Virus record (IMG/VR): IMGVR_UViG_3300031555_007106
Reading direction: 5' to 3' (one strand)
Source: a virus
Taxonomy: Duplodnaviria; Heunggongvirae; Uroviricota; Caudoviricetes
DNA length: 64,000 nucleotides
Shown: positions 1-10,752 of the stretch, in pieces
Numbering within the stretch: position 1 is the first letter of the stretch
Layout of the letters: every line of letters starts with the position of its first letter
Notes under the pieces: model-generated
Told to the model about the DNA's origin: nothing
What the model saw: the letters and a program-made list of their open reading frames with translations, nothing else
Database searches by the model: none
Position numbers and translations under genes: made by a program

Positions 1-312
1 AAGCTCTACAGAAAGCAAAGTAGGATTCCTGCTGTTCCTCATAATTGTCCTTTTCATAACTCGTGATGTCAAATGTAAATAATACACCGCCATCGCAAAA
101 GTTACACATTATGAACTTAGCATTATGAGTTTCCACGATTTCAACCGTATAAACTCTTTTGCTCATCATTTCTCTTTCTGAGAAAAAAAGGTCTCTTAAA
201 TCCTCTCCGAAGATAAATTTTCTCGCGACACAAGCGACAAGTTCATCAATTGTCATACATTCTGTACAGTAATTGTTATAGGTATTAATTTTCATAATTT
301 GTTTCCTTTCTG

Positions 313-1002
313 TTAATCTTTCCAAATTAACTTCTGCCCGCATTTCTGACAATAGTTATTGTCGATGTTTAAGCCATACATTTCCCATTCAGCAGGAGCG
401 AGTTCATAACCGCAATTGGGACAAAGACAATAATCTTGGTCATCATAGGGTTCTATCACTCTTCTCCCAGTTGTTACAAATTCTGCTAAACGGAGAAAAC
501 CGCTGAACTCTCTTTCTACTTCAGCGTATTCCTCAGGCGTAGAATTTTCCTTAATATAACGAACAGCATCAGCAAAACGTTCGTCAATCTGTTCCTGATG
601 AACATCAGAAACAAAATGAATAGAAGAATAAATAGGATTTAATGTGCGTTTAACCATCTTTGCCTGCACATTAACCATTTCTTCGTATGCGTTTATCAAT
701 TTTGCTTTCTTTCTATTAAGGTAAATAACTCCTGTTTCAAGCATAACACCTGAATCAGACATCAATTTAATTATCTTATCGAGATAGTCAGATTTCCGTT
801 CAGTAAGAAAGCTGGTACATCTGTGTACGATGCAATCTTTTGGCGGTATTTCGCTTATATTAGCGTTATCCACTCGATAAAATTCGCCAGTGTCAACGTT
901 TAGTACGACAGTGACGGTCTGCATAGACTCTTCAGCTTTGTTTATTTCGTAAAGAGCTCTTTGTCTATGTGCAGACAAATAATCAGATACTTTAATCTCC
1001 AT
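313..1002 (-). CDS. hypothetical protein with C-terminal Zn ribbon
   Basis: 229 aa ORF, RBS GAAAGGA upstream; CPNCG...CQKCGQKLIW C-terminus typical of phage Zn-ribbon ORFs. Confidence 0.65.
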   Translation of the reverse strand: MEIKVSDYLSAHRQRALYEINKAEESMQTVTVVLNVDTGEFYRVDNANISEIPPKDCIVHRCTSFLTERKSDYLDKIIKLMSDSGVMLETGVIYLNRKKAKLINAYEEMVNVQAKMVKRTLNPIYSSIHFVSDVHQEQIDERFADAVRYIKENSTPEEYAEVEREFSGFLRLAEFVTTGRRVIEPYDDQDYCLCPNCGYELAPAEWEMYGLNIDNNYCQKCGQKLIWKD

Positions 1003-1149
1003 TTTAAAAATTCCTTTCAGTCAAGTCTAAATATCAACAAAACAACTCCATTTCGTCAATAAAATTTAGCTACCATTAGTATGTAAAAAAAGACAAAAAA
1101 CAAAAAAAGGAAGAGTCTAAACCCTTCCTTCTTTTTTGATAAATATCTG

Positions 1150-1464
1150 CTAATAAATTCGTTCAGGATTATATTTAATCAATTCTTTTCCTTCAGATTT
1201 TCTTTGTTTATTATCACTCTCGATTAAGCCGATAAGTGATTTCTTAGCATCACTTTTCTTTCTTACAAGCTCAATGTATGGTTCTTCTCCTTCTTTCTTC
1301 CTTATCTGAAATACGCCAAAGAAACGGTTATTTACTATTTCCATTTCCTTCCAGCTCAAGTAATCCAAGTAAAGAGAAAAAGCGGCAATGTACTCATACA
1401 TTTTTGTTCCTGTGAGAATATTGTTAATAGCGTTATTAACCAGCTCCGGTCTTTTATCATTCAT
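1150..1464 (-). CDS. hypothetical protein
   Basis: ORF track 1150..1530; start moved to ATG at 1464, which follows GAGGAGG. Confidence 0.55.
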   Translation of the reverse strand: MNDKRPELVNNAINNILTGTKMYEYIAAFSLYLDYLSWKEMEIVNNRFFGVFQIRKKEGEEPYIELVRKKSDAKKSLIGLIESDNKQRKSEGKELIKYNPERIY

Positions 1465-1529
1465 CTGTTTTCTCCTCCTCAGAAGTTTTGGATTCAAATG
1501 TTGGCTGTTCTCCGCTATGTTCCTCATCA

Positions 1530-1886
1530 TTATTCTGTCGTTTTATCCCTTCTATTCCACTTTTGCATAGCTACTTCGGGAATATTATCACGCCCGCCGG
1601 AAGCTCCGCATTGAATACATCTTACCTCATAGCCGTTATCTCCGCCAAGGAAATGCCCTTTATTGAGTTTTGCAATGAGATATTCTTCGCTATAAACCGG
1701 TTTTAAAATCATAACGAGAGGATAATCGGATAAATCCGCCCCACAAAAAGGACAAGGTTTTAACATTGCAGAAGCCTTTGATATATCCAAACGATAATTA
1801 TCACAAAGCGCCGTCGTGTGGTTTTTGTATCCACAGTTCTCGCTGTCATAGAAACACGTATCACACTGTCTATACATTTCATCCAA
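1530..1886 (-). CDS. Lar-family (restriction alleviation-like) Zn-finger protein
   Basis: LKPCPFCG...CIQCGA...AMQKWNRR signature. Confidence 0.65.
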   Translation of the reverse strand: MDEMYRQCDTCFYDSENCGYKNHTTALCDNYRLDISKASAMLKPCPFCGADLSDYPLVMILKPVYSEEYLIAKLNKGHFLGGDNGYEVRCIQCGASGGRDNIPEVAMQKWNRRDKTTE

Positions 1887-1894
1887 TCCTTTCT

Positions 1895-2890
1895 TTACAC
1901 CAATTGTTCATCCCAATCCAGACAATAATCGGCCATTTGAGACGTGATTTTTTCAAATCCATACCTTTTGCAGATAATATTCGGTACATTCACCTCAAAA
2001 TCAGCCAGATTGAAACAATCGCCGTTATTTTCATACACACGCTTACCCTCAGGAGTAGTGATGTACTCTCTGCAAGCATCGCTGATAGCTTTTTTTACAT
2101 TAATATTCTCGTCTATGACGTTAAGATTAACTGTTAATATTCTAACGTCGAAACCGTCACGCTCAATAGCTGTTATTGTAACTATATTAGGTGTGTATAA
2201 ATCAATAGAAATCTCTTCGTTTTCAACCACCTCTGGCAATTTGGGAGCTCCACATACATAATGCCTGTATAAAGCGTATGTTTTTTCTTCAGGTGTTCGT
2301 AAAAGCGCAGCTTTCATAATTTCTATTTCGTCCATATCAATTGTGGGTTTGTACCCTAAAAGTTCGTCCGCTTTATCCTCCAGAAACAGCTTTTTTACAA
2401 GTTTTTCTTTGCGGTTGTCAGTCATTATACAATAACATATATCGTCAAATTTGCTTGATATTTGCTCGATTTCCTTATAACCGATATCGTATGAATTATA
2501 AGGTATAAAAAGCATAATTGCAGGCTCTTCGTTAACAAAAGGTTCAATAGGCGGAGTAAACGCAAATATGTTATACTCGCTAAATGCCGATGAGCATTCT
2601 TTTGCTTTTCTGATAACATCTTCAATCGATATACCTGTTTCCTTTATATATTCTTCGTCGTATACAGAAATAAGAGCTATACCGTATTTGCCATCATATT
2701 CTGCAAGGCGACATGATGAATAATAGGAGTCAGACCACCAATATTCAAATACATACAGAAGTTCTGAAGGTAAAAGTCCGCTTTCTATATTTTCGTGATT
2801 CTCATCATATAATTCACCGCAAGAATTACTCCAAAACGTAATAAGAGTATTGAAATAATCCCTGTTATCAATCACATTTAACATATTCAA
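1895..2890 (-). CDS. hypothetical protein; N-terminus paralogous to 4125..4772
   Basis: 331 aa ORF with RBS; shares LP.EL..VF...LAEY..YG.A motif with 4125..4772. Confidence 0.6.
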   Translation of the reverse strand: MNMLNVIDNRDYFNTLITFWSNSCGELYDENHENIESGLLPSELLYVFEYWWSDSYYSSCRLAEYDGKYGIALISVYDEEYIKETGISIEDVIRKAKECSSAFSEYNIFAFTPPIEPFVNEEPAIMLFIPYNSYDIGYKEIEQISSKFDDICYCIMTDNRKEKLVKKLFLEDKADELLGYKPTIDMDEIEIMKAALLRTPEEKTYALYRHYVCGAPKLPEVVENEEISIDLYTPNIVTITAIERDGFDVRILTVNLNVIDENINVKKAISDACREYITTPEGKRVYENNGDCFNLADFEVNVPNIICKRYGFEKITSQMADYCLDWDEQLV

Positions 2891-2900
2891 TTTCCTTTCT

Positions 2901-4109
2901 TTACATCATTATTTCAGGTAAAGTACGAGCCATATACTCAATATTACCTTCAAGGTAGTCTGTGTTGTTCGTCATAATAATCGAACCGTGTCCGATAAGG
3001 TTAATTGCATAGAAATCAAGGTTTCTGTTGCCCTCATAATAGCGGTCAATAAACTTCATAATCTCGTCAAACTCTTCGATTGCTCCGCAAGGGATAGCTG
3101 TATCGGTATACGGAGTGTTCTTCAGATAACAATGAGAATGAAGAATATAGTTGATACGAGGCAGAGCCTTGTAAAGTCTCACCTGTACGGGTGTATCAAC
3201 GGAAGGCTTATCCTTACCGCAGTAATAAAGCTTACCGTCTTCAAGATACACAGGAACAAAGTTATCCAGTTCAATGAACTGCTTATCAATGTTTCTCTTT
3301 GAAACAAAAATGAAATCCTTATGTCTGAAAGACGGCATACCCTTTCCACAGCGTCCGACGGGAGTAGGACGAAGACTCGCATTGCCGATGAAACGCTCTG
3401 TCTTGCAGTCACAGGGCATAAACTCCTGAAACTTATGAGCGTACTTTCTTACGAGGTCAACGAACTTCTGCTCATTGGGAATAGGAACATTCTTTTCAGA
3501 CTGATACTCAGGCTGTTTGAACTGGTCGAAGTACCACTTCATAATAAGAGCCTTATCCTCTGTTGCTTCTGTCGTTGCCTGTCGGGTAATGGAAATGATA
3601 TAAACAAGACGGTCAAGGAGAGCGTAAACAGCTTCCTTTATATCAGTAGTATCAGCCCAAACACAGCCGAGTGGGTCAAGCACACGCAGATTAAAGTGAC
3701 CACTCTCCTGTTTGCTGAACTCACACATAAGGTTAGCTTTCTGCACAAGAGAACGCTGTATAAGTTCCTGAAAGCTGTACTTGCCGTTATCATTACGCTT
3801 TGAAGAAATAAGCATTGCCTTCGGATTTATTGTCTTAACGTCCCTGTTCTTAGGAAGAGCGTTATCGGGAACATTTGGAAACCAAAAGACTATATCATAA
3901 TCCTTAGCACAGTTCATAATCGGTTCAAGGTTCGAAAACTTCCCGCCATTAGCTATCGTCATATAATCTATATGCAGACCGGCTTTTTTCGCAGAATAGC
4001 TTTTAATAGCGTCTGTAATTTTGTCCGCAACCACTGAATGTCTGCCGTATGTTCCGTTCTCATTCTGTTCTTCATTAAATGTACCAGCTACAAATAAAAT
4101 TTTTGCCAT
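2901..4109 (-). CDS. class II aldolase/adducin-like protein with extra N-terminal domain
   Basis: C-terminal SVDTPVQ..LY...INYILHSHCY...INLIGHGSII resembles class II aldolase metal-binding motifs. Confidence 0.55.
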   Translation of the reverse strand: MAKILFVAGTFNEEQNENGTYGRHSVVADKITDAIKSYSAKKAGLHIDYMTIANGGKFSNLEPIMNCAKDYDIVFWFPNVPDNALPKNRDVKTINPKAMLISSKRNDNGKYSFQELIQRSLVQKANLMCEFSKQESGHFNLRVLDPLGCVWADTTDIKEAVYALLDRLVYIISITRQATTEATEDKALIMKWYFDQFKQPEYQSEKNVPIPNEQKFVDLVRKYAHKFQEFMPCDCKTERFIGNASLRPTPVGRCGKGMPSFRHKDFIFVSKRNIDKQFIELDNFVPVYLEDGKLYYCGKDKPSVDTPVQVRLYKALPRINYILHSHCYLKNTPYTDTAIPCGAIEEFDEIMKFIDRYYEGNRNLDFYAINLIGHGSIIMTNNTDYLEGNIEYMARTLPEIMM

Positions 4110-4124
4110 AGTATAATCCCTTTC

Positions 4125-4772
4125 TTAATTTACACGTTTGATTGTTAATCCCACGTCGTCCTGAGTCCACGTTTCACCCGACGCTAATTGCTTACACACG
4201 TCTTTAACGTGGACAGCAAGCATCCATAACCCTGTCTGAGCAAATACATTGTTTGCAACTTCATCAGCAGTCATTGGTTCTTTTTCGCTTAAATGGTCTT
4301 CATATTTAACCGTAAATAAGCTTTCTTTTGATAGATTTAAATATGATTCAAACTTTTCTATAATTTCTTCAAACTCGCTTTCCTTTACAGTCCAAGGTAC
4401 AAAGAGAGTTATTGTAGAGCATTCTGTTCCGTTCGTTGATTTGCCGTTTTTAACAATTATGTTGTAATCAGGCAAAGCTTCGGCAATATCTTGTGCTTTG
4501 TTTATGGCATTCTCGTAGAAAACATCGGCATCTATGTCGCTATTTTTAATATAATTCAAATAATCACAAGCAACGCCGTATTCATCGTTATATTCTGCAA
4601 GAAAGTAGCAAAGACCTCCGATATACTTTGCTCCGATTTTTTTGAAAACCTTACGCAACTCCCAAGGGAGTTCATCGAAGGTTATAAGACTGCCATCATC
4701 AGCATAGCAATCTCCCTTCCAATCAGTCCAATAATATAATCTTTCGTTTTCATTTTTTATAATATGTAACAT
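4125..4772 (-). CDS. hypothetical protein
   Basis: 215 aa ORF with RBS GAAAGGA. Confidence 0.6.
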   Translation of the reverse strand: MLHIIKNENERLYYWTDWKGDCYADDGSLITFDELPWELRKVFKKIGAKYIGGLCYFLAEYNDEYGVACDYLNYIKNSDIDADVFYENAINKAQDIAEALPDYNIIVKNGKSTNGTECSTITLFVPWTVKESEFEEIIEKFESYLNLSKESLFTVKYEDHLSEKEPMTADEVANNVFAQTGLWMLAVHVKDVCKQLASGETWTQDDVGLTIKRVN

Positions 4773-4818
4773 AATTAAAATCCTTTCTTAATAAATCATA
4801 TTAAAACAATTCCCTTCA

Positions 4819-5340
4819 TTACACAAATTCGATTTCCCATAAAGGTTTCCCAAAATATTTCTGCTTACAAATTCCGTCCTCAAACGTCCAATCCGATGCT
4901 TTCCCGTATTCGCAAAATGAACCCTTCCCCCTATTTCCCAAAGAAACAGGGTTTTCAGGCTCGTTAGCAACAACGCTGTAAAAAGCATTTGTCTGAACAA
5001 CATTAGGGATTCTTTCCTGACCTTCGTATTCAGGTCGAACATAATGCTTTCTGACAATAAAATGTCTCTTTTCATTAATAGCCTTTTTTAACTGTGATAA
5101 ATTCTTAATCATCTTTATCTCCTTCTTAAAATGGAATTTCTTCTTTTTTTCATAGTCGTCAACTGCACTCTTTCCAAAAGTTTTTCGAGCCCACTCAACG
5201 CTTTCATCCCATACTTTTTCGCGATAATATACATCATCTAAAAGATAATGGGGATGTGCTTTTAAAAATGCAACAATTTCCTTATATCTTTCTTCTCCTA
5301 TATGTCTTCTTATTGTTTCATATTCTTGTAAAAGACTCAT
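4819..5340 (-). CDS. hypothetical protein
   Basis: ORF track 4819..5382; likely start at 5340 after AAGGAG. Confidence 0.55.
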   Translation of the reverse strand: MSLLQEYETIRRHIGEERYKEIVAFLKAHPHYLLDDVYYREKVWDESVEWARKTFGKSAVDDYEKKKKFHFKKEIKMIKNLSQLKKAINEKRHFIVRKHYVRPEYEGQERIPNVVQTNAFYSVVANEPENPVSLGNRGKGSFCEYGKASDWTFEDGICKQKYFGKPLWEIEFV

Positions 5341-5341
5341 A

Positions 5342-6205
5342 TTATTTCTCCTTAAGATTCGCAAGTGTAGCAGCAACAGCAAGTACTCCGGCTTCTCCGA
5401 CCGAATCAGCAGACTCTGTCAGAGAATTAAGCATATTTATAAATGAACAGCCCTCGCCATGTTCTTCCTGAGGATTTCTCTTTACGAGTTCAGGCATAAG
5501 AACAATGATGTTATCAAACTCGCCTATGCTATCTACAGATTCAGTGTCGCCTCTGCGAGCGGCAACCGCCTTCCCATATGCAATTGCCTCCTCGCGCTGA
5601 AGTGCATTAAAATAGTTATCTTTGCTTATGTTAGGATTATAATGGAAATCAATAAAGAATCCTGTTCCTCCGTGATTGTGACCGAGTCCGAATGTATTTA
5701 TAAGATACATAGGCTCGTTAACGCGGACCCACACGATATTGTCATAAATTACATAATGCTTTGCATTTTCTTTAATTTCCGCTATACGTTCTTCTCTGTT
5801 GTCAGAAAGAATGATTGATTTTTCATTAAACAAATCACTTTCTTCTTTTTCATACCACGAAAAGCGAGTATACCAATCTCTCAACTTATCCTCTATGTAT
5901 GATAAAGGTTCGTAATGAGTGCTTATAGCAGCTCCATGAGAAACGTTTACCGCCATATATAACTCCCCGTTATATGTTCTTATTTCTCGCTGAAACCTCT
6001 TGTACTCTGTTTTATTATTGTCGTATTCAGGAGCATCAAAAACACTGCAGTAGTCATCGATAATGAAAGCTATGGGAAAATCGTCAGAAATAAGCTCCTG
6101 AATATCTACTTTAACATTATCTCTGACTTCACGTAGCCTTTCTTTTCTGTGTCTCTTAGTCGGTAAAAACTTCTCTGTTCTGAAAAATTCGATATTAAAT
6201 TTCAT
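5342..6205 (-). CDS. hypothetical protein
   Basis: ORF track 5342..6241; likely start MKFNIEF after GAAAGGAAGG. Confidence 0.6.
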   Translation of the reverse strand: MKFNIEFFRTEKFLPTKRHRKERLREVRDNVKVDIQELISDDFPIAFIIDDYCSVFDAPEYDNNKTEYKRFQREIRTYNGELYMAVNVSHGAAISTHYEPLSYIEDKLRDWYTRFSWYEKEESDLFNEKSIILSDNREERIAEIKENAKHYVIYDNIVWVRVNEPMYLINTFGLGHNHGGTGFFIDFHYNPNISKDNYFNALQREEAIAYGKAVAARRGDTESVDSIGEFDNIIVLMPELVKRNPQEEHGEGCSFINMLNSLTESADSVGEAGVLAVAATLANLKEK

Positions 6206-6218
6206 GTTTTCCTTCCTT

Positions 6219-6632
6219 TCACACGCAAGCATTCGTCTCAATCTGAAGATTAAGCTTTTTACGAATATACCCTTTCATTGACTTAACATCTTTCGTACCT
6301 GTCATTTCCCAATTATCCTGTGGGAAAAACTTTACTTCTGATGTTTGACAATCGAATTCAGCCATTCTTATACCTTCAATTTCAAGGCAACCGGAACCAT
6401 CTATATGAACAAACCAATAAGCTGCATCATCTACAAGAATACGCTTTGCTCTTAAATAAGGTATCAAATTTTTGATATTTACCTCAAAAGATTTATCCCC
6501 GTACTTGATTATGCCTTCATAACGATAGAAACGAGCAAGCTCAAGCCCGTTCTCACGAACGACCTCAATTCCCTCTTCCATGTTGATATTGACATCATAT
6601 TCGGTTGTGACTATAATAGGCTCTTTTTCCAT
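6219..6632 (-). CDS. hypothetical protein
   Basis: 137 aa ORF with RBS, in operon. Confidence 0.55.
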   Translation of the reverse strand: MEKEPIIVTTEYDVNINMEEGIEVVRENGLELARFYRYEGIIKYGDKSFEVNIKNLIPYLRAKRILVDDAAYWFVHIDGSGCLEIEGIRMAEFDCQTSEVKFFPQDNWEMTGTKDVKSMKGYIRKKLNLQIETNACV

Positions 6633-6664
6633 ATTAACTTCCTTTCTTGCATTACTTTTGCATT

Positions 6665-6931
6665 TTAGGATACATAAGCATTGTTGATTGTACCGCTTGC
6701 ATAATCCGCTAAAAGCAGTACTCTTAACTCTTTTATGCTACAAGCTGATAATCCGTAGACAACATCGTCACAGCCAACAACCTTCATATCCCAACTTCCG
6801 TCTTTGCTACAATACGGCTCATACACATCGGTTTCACCATGCACTGTTAACGTAATAGCTGTATCTGGTGAAATGCTTAATATAGCTTTTTCTGCTTCAT
6901 CAAAATTCATAACTAACTTCCTTTCTTTCAA
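6665..6931 (-). CDS. hypothetical protein
   Basis: 88 aa ORF in operon. Confidence 0.5.
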   Translation of the reverse strand: MKERKLVMNFDEAEKAILSISPDTAITLTVHGETDVYEPYCSKDGSWDMKVVGCDDVVYGLSACSIKELRVLLLADYASGTINNAYVS

Positions 6932-6967
6932 AATAACATCAACTGTGTTAGAATAGCAAAAACAATG

Positions 6968-7837
6968 TTACTCTTCCTCAGGGTTGTAAAAGTAGATTTC
7001 GATATAGTCGATTTCTCCATCTTCATTTCTGTGAAAATAACAGTTGTATCCGCCATCTCCAAATCCGCTCGGAGAAACAAATGCCTTGTCGTCAAGCGTA
7101 ACTGCTCTCCAAATTTCATTAAATCTACGCAACTGATACCAAGGTATTGACTGCTTTGTTTCGGTTAATGTTTTTCTCAATTCCTCGTCAGCACGGTCTA
7201 AAAGAGCGTCGATGCTTTTCCATCTATCATTGGACACCTTATCGTCCACGACAAATCCTGCATTTTCAACTCTTGATGAAAGAAATTCATCAAAATACTT
7301 CGAACGAACTTCGAAAATAGAACTTAAACATACTCCCATTGAATAACAAAGGCAGTATCCATCCTCAGGTTCCAGATATTCTGCAACACCCTTTAAATAG
7401 GTATCAATCGTATCTACGAACCATTTTTCTTTAAGAAAAGCTAAGAAATTTTCATTCTCAGTTCTCTCTTTCATAGAGTTAAATAGCTTGTCATACCATT
7501 CTTCGTTAAGCTCGGGAGAGTGATGTGCTGTGTAATAATCATAGTCATACACACCGGCAGTACCACTATCTACCCCGACCTCAAAATCTGCCGCTTCGCT
7601 ATCAACCATAGCGTTCTCTATTTCTCTTTCAGATAAAAAGTTGTGTGAGAGATGAACGTAAAAAACTCTCTCTTCGTCCTCATCGAAACCATAAGCACAG
7701 TTCCAAGTTCCCGATTTAACGTTTTCTAACACACCCTGACACCAAGTTCCTACTGAGTAGCATGGGTCGCTAACCATAACCTTATTTCCTAAATTTATTG
7801 TTCCTGCTTCAACTCTCATAATAAAATTACCTTTCAT
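6968..7837 (-). CDS. DUF4241-like protein
   Basis: VGVDSGTAGVYD and SGFGDGGY motifs. Confidence 0.5.
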   Translation of the reverse strand: MKGNFIMRVEAGTINLGNKVMVSDPCYSVGTWCQGVLENVKSGTWNCAYGFDEDEERVFYVHLSHNFLSEREIENAMVDSEAADFEVGVDSGTAGVYDYDYYTAHHSPELNEEWYDKLFNSMKERTENENFLAFLKEKWFVDTIDTYLKGVAEYLEPEDGYCLCYSMGVCLSSIFEVRSKYFDEFLSSRVENAGFVVDDKVSNDRWKSIDALLDRADEELRKTLTETKQSIPWYQLRRFNEIWRAVTLDDKAFVSPSGFGDGGYNCYFHRNEDGEIDYIEIYFYNPEEE

Positions 7838-7954
7838 AATTATTAGCTTTTATCTTATAAACTCCATTTCGTCATAAAATAATTGCTACTAATAGTATGG
7901 TAAAAAAGCTATAAAACAAAAAAGGCTACCGCATAAACGGTAGCCTTAACGTTG

Positions 7955-9430
7955 TTAATTAATTCTTATTTCGAGTTCGCTTTCGTATTCCTCAATCATT
8001 TTCATAAAATCTTCAGATGACGCTTCGGACTCAGCTACCATACAGTAACTTTCTTCATCTTCGCCTTCTATAATGATATCGCTATCCTCATAGGTAAAGA
8101 GAACTTTTTTGAGGATATAACCATCAAATTCTTTGATTGTGCCATCAGAATGCTTTTCGATACCATCAAAAGAAAGAATTATGGAAATTTCATACGAAGT
8201 ACCACTCTCTGATATAATCTCGTCGTAAGGTGTAATAAAAGATTCACATTTAATTTCACCTAAGAAGATACTTTCATCTTCATTCTCATACACACGTTTT
8301 TCGGCGATTTTCTGTGTAGAACTCTCTGTTATAGAGTCGTTTAAACTTCCTTCTGCTACAGATTTTTCGTACAATTCCACTTCAACACCATTGAGATTGT
8401 TATCATAGTAGAAATTTCTTGCACGATAGTTTACCTTTTCCTCGTAACCTTCATCAAAGGACATAAGAGATACGTTTGTGTGGCAATCTTCATTCACACA
8501 TACTGTTTCATCAGCTTCGATAAATTCGTCTAAAGAAATAAATGAGATTTCGCCATAGAAGTTTTTATCAATTGTGGCAAGCACATAGCTTAAATAATCA
8601 CCTACAGCAATATTTTTTCTTGTCATTCGCATTTCATCAAGCTGCATCATATCAAGAGCAAACTTTTCTTCATCGAATTCGTCTGATAATTCAGAGTCAT
8701 CCTTTTCAATTGAAATACTTGACATAATTGTTGTGTCAGGGGCTATTGGAGCTTCAATCGGAGGTCCTATTACCTGTATTACTTCTTCGTAGTCTAATTC
8801 AGGGAGAGGAGGTTCTCCAAGATAACATTCATTATCTTCTGTGTGGATATCTTCTTCCATATCAATTTCTTCATTCGAGTCGTTTTTGTCGTCTGTTCCG
8901 GGTGCAGGTATAAAAACTCCGTTATTTAACATTGAACCATCTTGATAAATAACGACACCGGAAATTGCAGGATGAGATATATGAATTGTTTCTGTTTTCA
9001 ACATTGTCATATTATCATTGCCGCTGCTACCTATAACATTTTTCTGACTTGCATACCATTCAGCAAGCTCTTCTTTAGTTTCGGCAATTTTGACTCCGTC
9101 AAGCCAATATCCTTGATAAGGGGTTTCCCCGGGTTTACGAGACCATTTTAACCATACCACCCTACCATCTTCAAGCACAACAGGTTGAATACCGCTATAC
9201 TGTAACGGTGAGACAAATTCTTGAGTAACTGAGCCCATTTCTACATAGTTAGTTTCACCGCTATTTGAGTTTGCTGAATCTTCAGTGGACGAATACCCAA
9301 TAGCTATCGCCTCGCCAACAATCCCCTCCGTTGTTTCTGCAAATGCGGGAACAACCATTGTCCCCGAAGCGATAGTCAAAGCTAATATTGCAGCTATCGT
9401 CTTCTTAACTTCTCTCTTCATTTTAATCAT
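7955..9430 (-). CDS. secreted acidic protein
   Basis: signal peptide KKTIAAILALTIASGTMVVPAFA|E; very D/E-rich. Confidence 0.65.
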   Translation of the reverse strand: MIKMKREVKKTIAAILALTIASGTMVVPAFAETTEGIVGEAIAIGYSSTEDSANSNSGETNYVEMGSVTQEFVSPLQYSGIQPVVLEDGRVVWLKWSRKPGETPYQGYWLDGVKIAETKEELAEWYASQKNVIGSSGNDNMTMLKTETIHISHPAISGVVIYQDGSMLNNGVFIPAPGTDDKNDSNEEIDMEEDIHTEDNECYLGEPPLPELDYEEVIQVIGPPIEAPIAPDTTIMSSISIEKDDSELSDEFDEEKFALDMMQLDEMRMTRKNIAVGDYLSYVLATIDKNFYGEISFISLDEFIEADETVCVNEDCHTNVSLMSFDEGYEEKVNYRARNFYYDNNLNGVEVELYEKSVAEGSLNDSITESSTQKIAEKRVYENEDESIFLGEIKCESFITPYDEIISESGTSYEISIILSFDGIEKHSDGTIKEFDGYILKKVLFTYEDSDIIIEGEDEESYCMVAESEASSEDFMKMIEEYESELEIRIN

Positions 9431-9534
9431 CTTCCTTTCAAAAATTTTCTGTCAAATATCTGACTACTATAGTATGATAGAAAAAATCAAAAAAAATAAA
9501 GCCCGCGTATAGCGAGCTTCATTCTTGTTGCTAA

Positions 9535-10620
9535 TTAATAAGTGGAAACAATATGGCAGCCTTCAATATAAACGTAACAGGTGTAGCTATCACCGTTATC
9601 ACGCCAAGAAACCTGACCTTCTATGCACATAGAGACATTTCTGGAAATGCCATTGCAAAAATATTCAATTCCTTCTAAATTACCAACAAAAGTACCGTTG
9701 TCATCTGTAAAAGTGAAGAATGTAGTACCATCTAAAACCAAAGAGCTTACAAGACCGTTACTATATGTACGTTCTTCAAGGAGAGAAATAGCAGATTCGC
9801 CATTCTTACCATCAAAAATTGTACAAAGGTCAACTTCAGTAATAGATTCAATATCTGCACCGCCATTACAGGACACATAGTCTTCGCCAAACGCAAGATA
9901 AGTCGAAAAGGCTGTGTTATCTTCGTTAGCTTCATGTGAATACCAAACTTCTTTGCCGTACACATTATAGCTATTTTCGCCGGGGATAGTATCTTCCCAT
10001 ACACAACCATCATGACGAGTGTCATAAGGACGATTCAGCACTTTGTCGAACTCAAAAACAAAAGTCTTATTAAAGCAACCTTCAGCATAAACATCATCAA
10101 AGACAGATGATGTGGAATCGGACTGACCACACGAGTCAGTGGAAGATTCGTTGTTGATAGCAGTTGCAGTAGCAAAACCAATTGTTCTGGACTGATTACA
10201 GCATTCGCATACATTTACAGAACGAGAAGTGGTGTGTGTAACACCGGTATCTTCAGTTTCTGCAATTGAAAAGCCATAGCTCATAGTTGTAGATTCGGAA
10301 ACGCCGGTAGATTCAGCGTTTTCGAAAGACAAACCGCAGTTTTCAGATTCATTGACAGAATATGAACAACCAATGCTCTCACTGGTAGAGTAAGAACAGC
10401 CGACAGATGTGCTTTCAGAGTAAGTTTGGCTCTGAAGCGGTTCTTCGGCAGATGCATGAAGAGTAAATATTCTGCTAATTACCCCTATAAATACTGTAAC
10501 AAAAAATACAGTAAAAAGGATTGTTCCAATTAACTGAAATACGACTACAATCTTAGCTATAGTCTTAAGTGTAGATGGCTTGATGCCAAATGTTTTTGCG
10601 ATTCTTTCAGTTCTTTCCAT
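9535..10620 (-). CDS. membrane-anchored/secreted Ser/Thr-rich protein
   Basis: N-terminal hydrophobic helix; repeated ESxGxS motifs. Confidence 0.6.
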   Translation of the reverse strand: MERTERIAKTFGIKPSTLKTIAKIVVVFQLIGTILFTVFFVTVFIGVISRIFTLHASAEEPLQSQTYSESTSVGCSYSTSESIGCSYSVNESENCGLSFENAESTGVSESTTMSYGFSIAETEDTGVTHTTSRSVNVCECCNQSRTIGFATATAINNESSTDSCGQSDSTSSVFDDVYAEGCFNKTFVFEFDKVLNRPYDTRHDGCVWEDTIPGENSYNVYGKEVWYSHEANEDNTAFSTYLAFGEDYVSCNGGADIESITEVDLCTIFDGKNGESAISLLEERTYSNGLVSSLVLDGTTFFTFTDDNGTFVGNLEGIEYFCNGISRNVSMCIEGQVSWRDNGDSYTCYVYIEGCHIVSTY

Positions 10621-10723
10621 AATAGTGTTTTCCTTTCAAAATAAAAAAATTAGCAACATTTTAAGACTCCAAATCGTCAGAAAATAAATTGCTATACATA
10701 GTATGTAAAAGAAAATAAAAAAC

Positions 10724-10749
10724 AAAAAAATCACCCAATTAAGGGTGAT
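10724..10749 (-). terminator. intrinsic terminator directly after CRISPR array 1
   Basis: minus strand TCACCC-TTAATT-GGGTGA followed by T7. Confidence 0.75.
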
Positions 10750-10752
10750 ATA

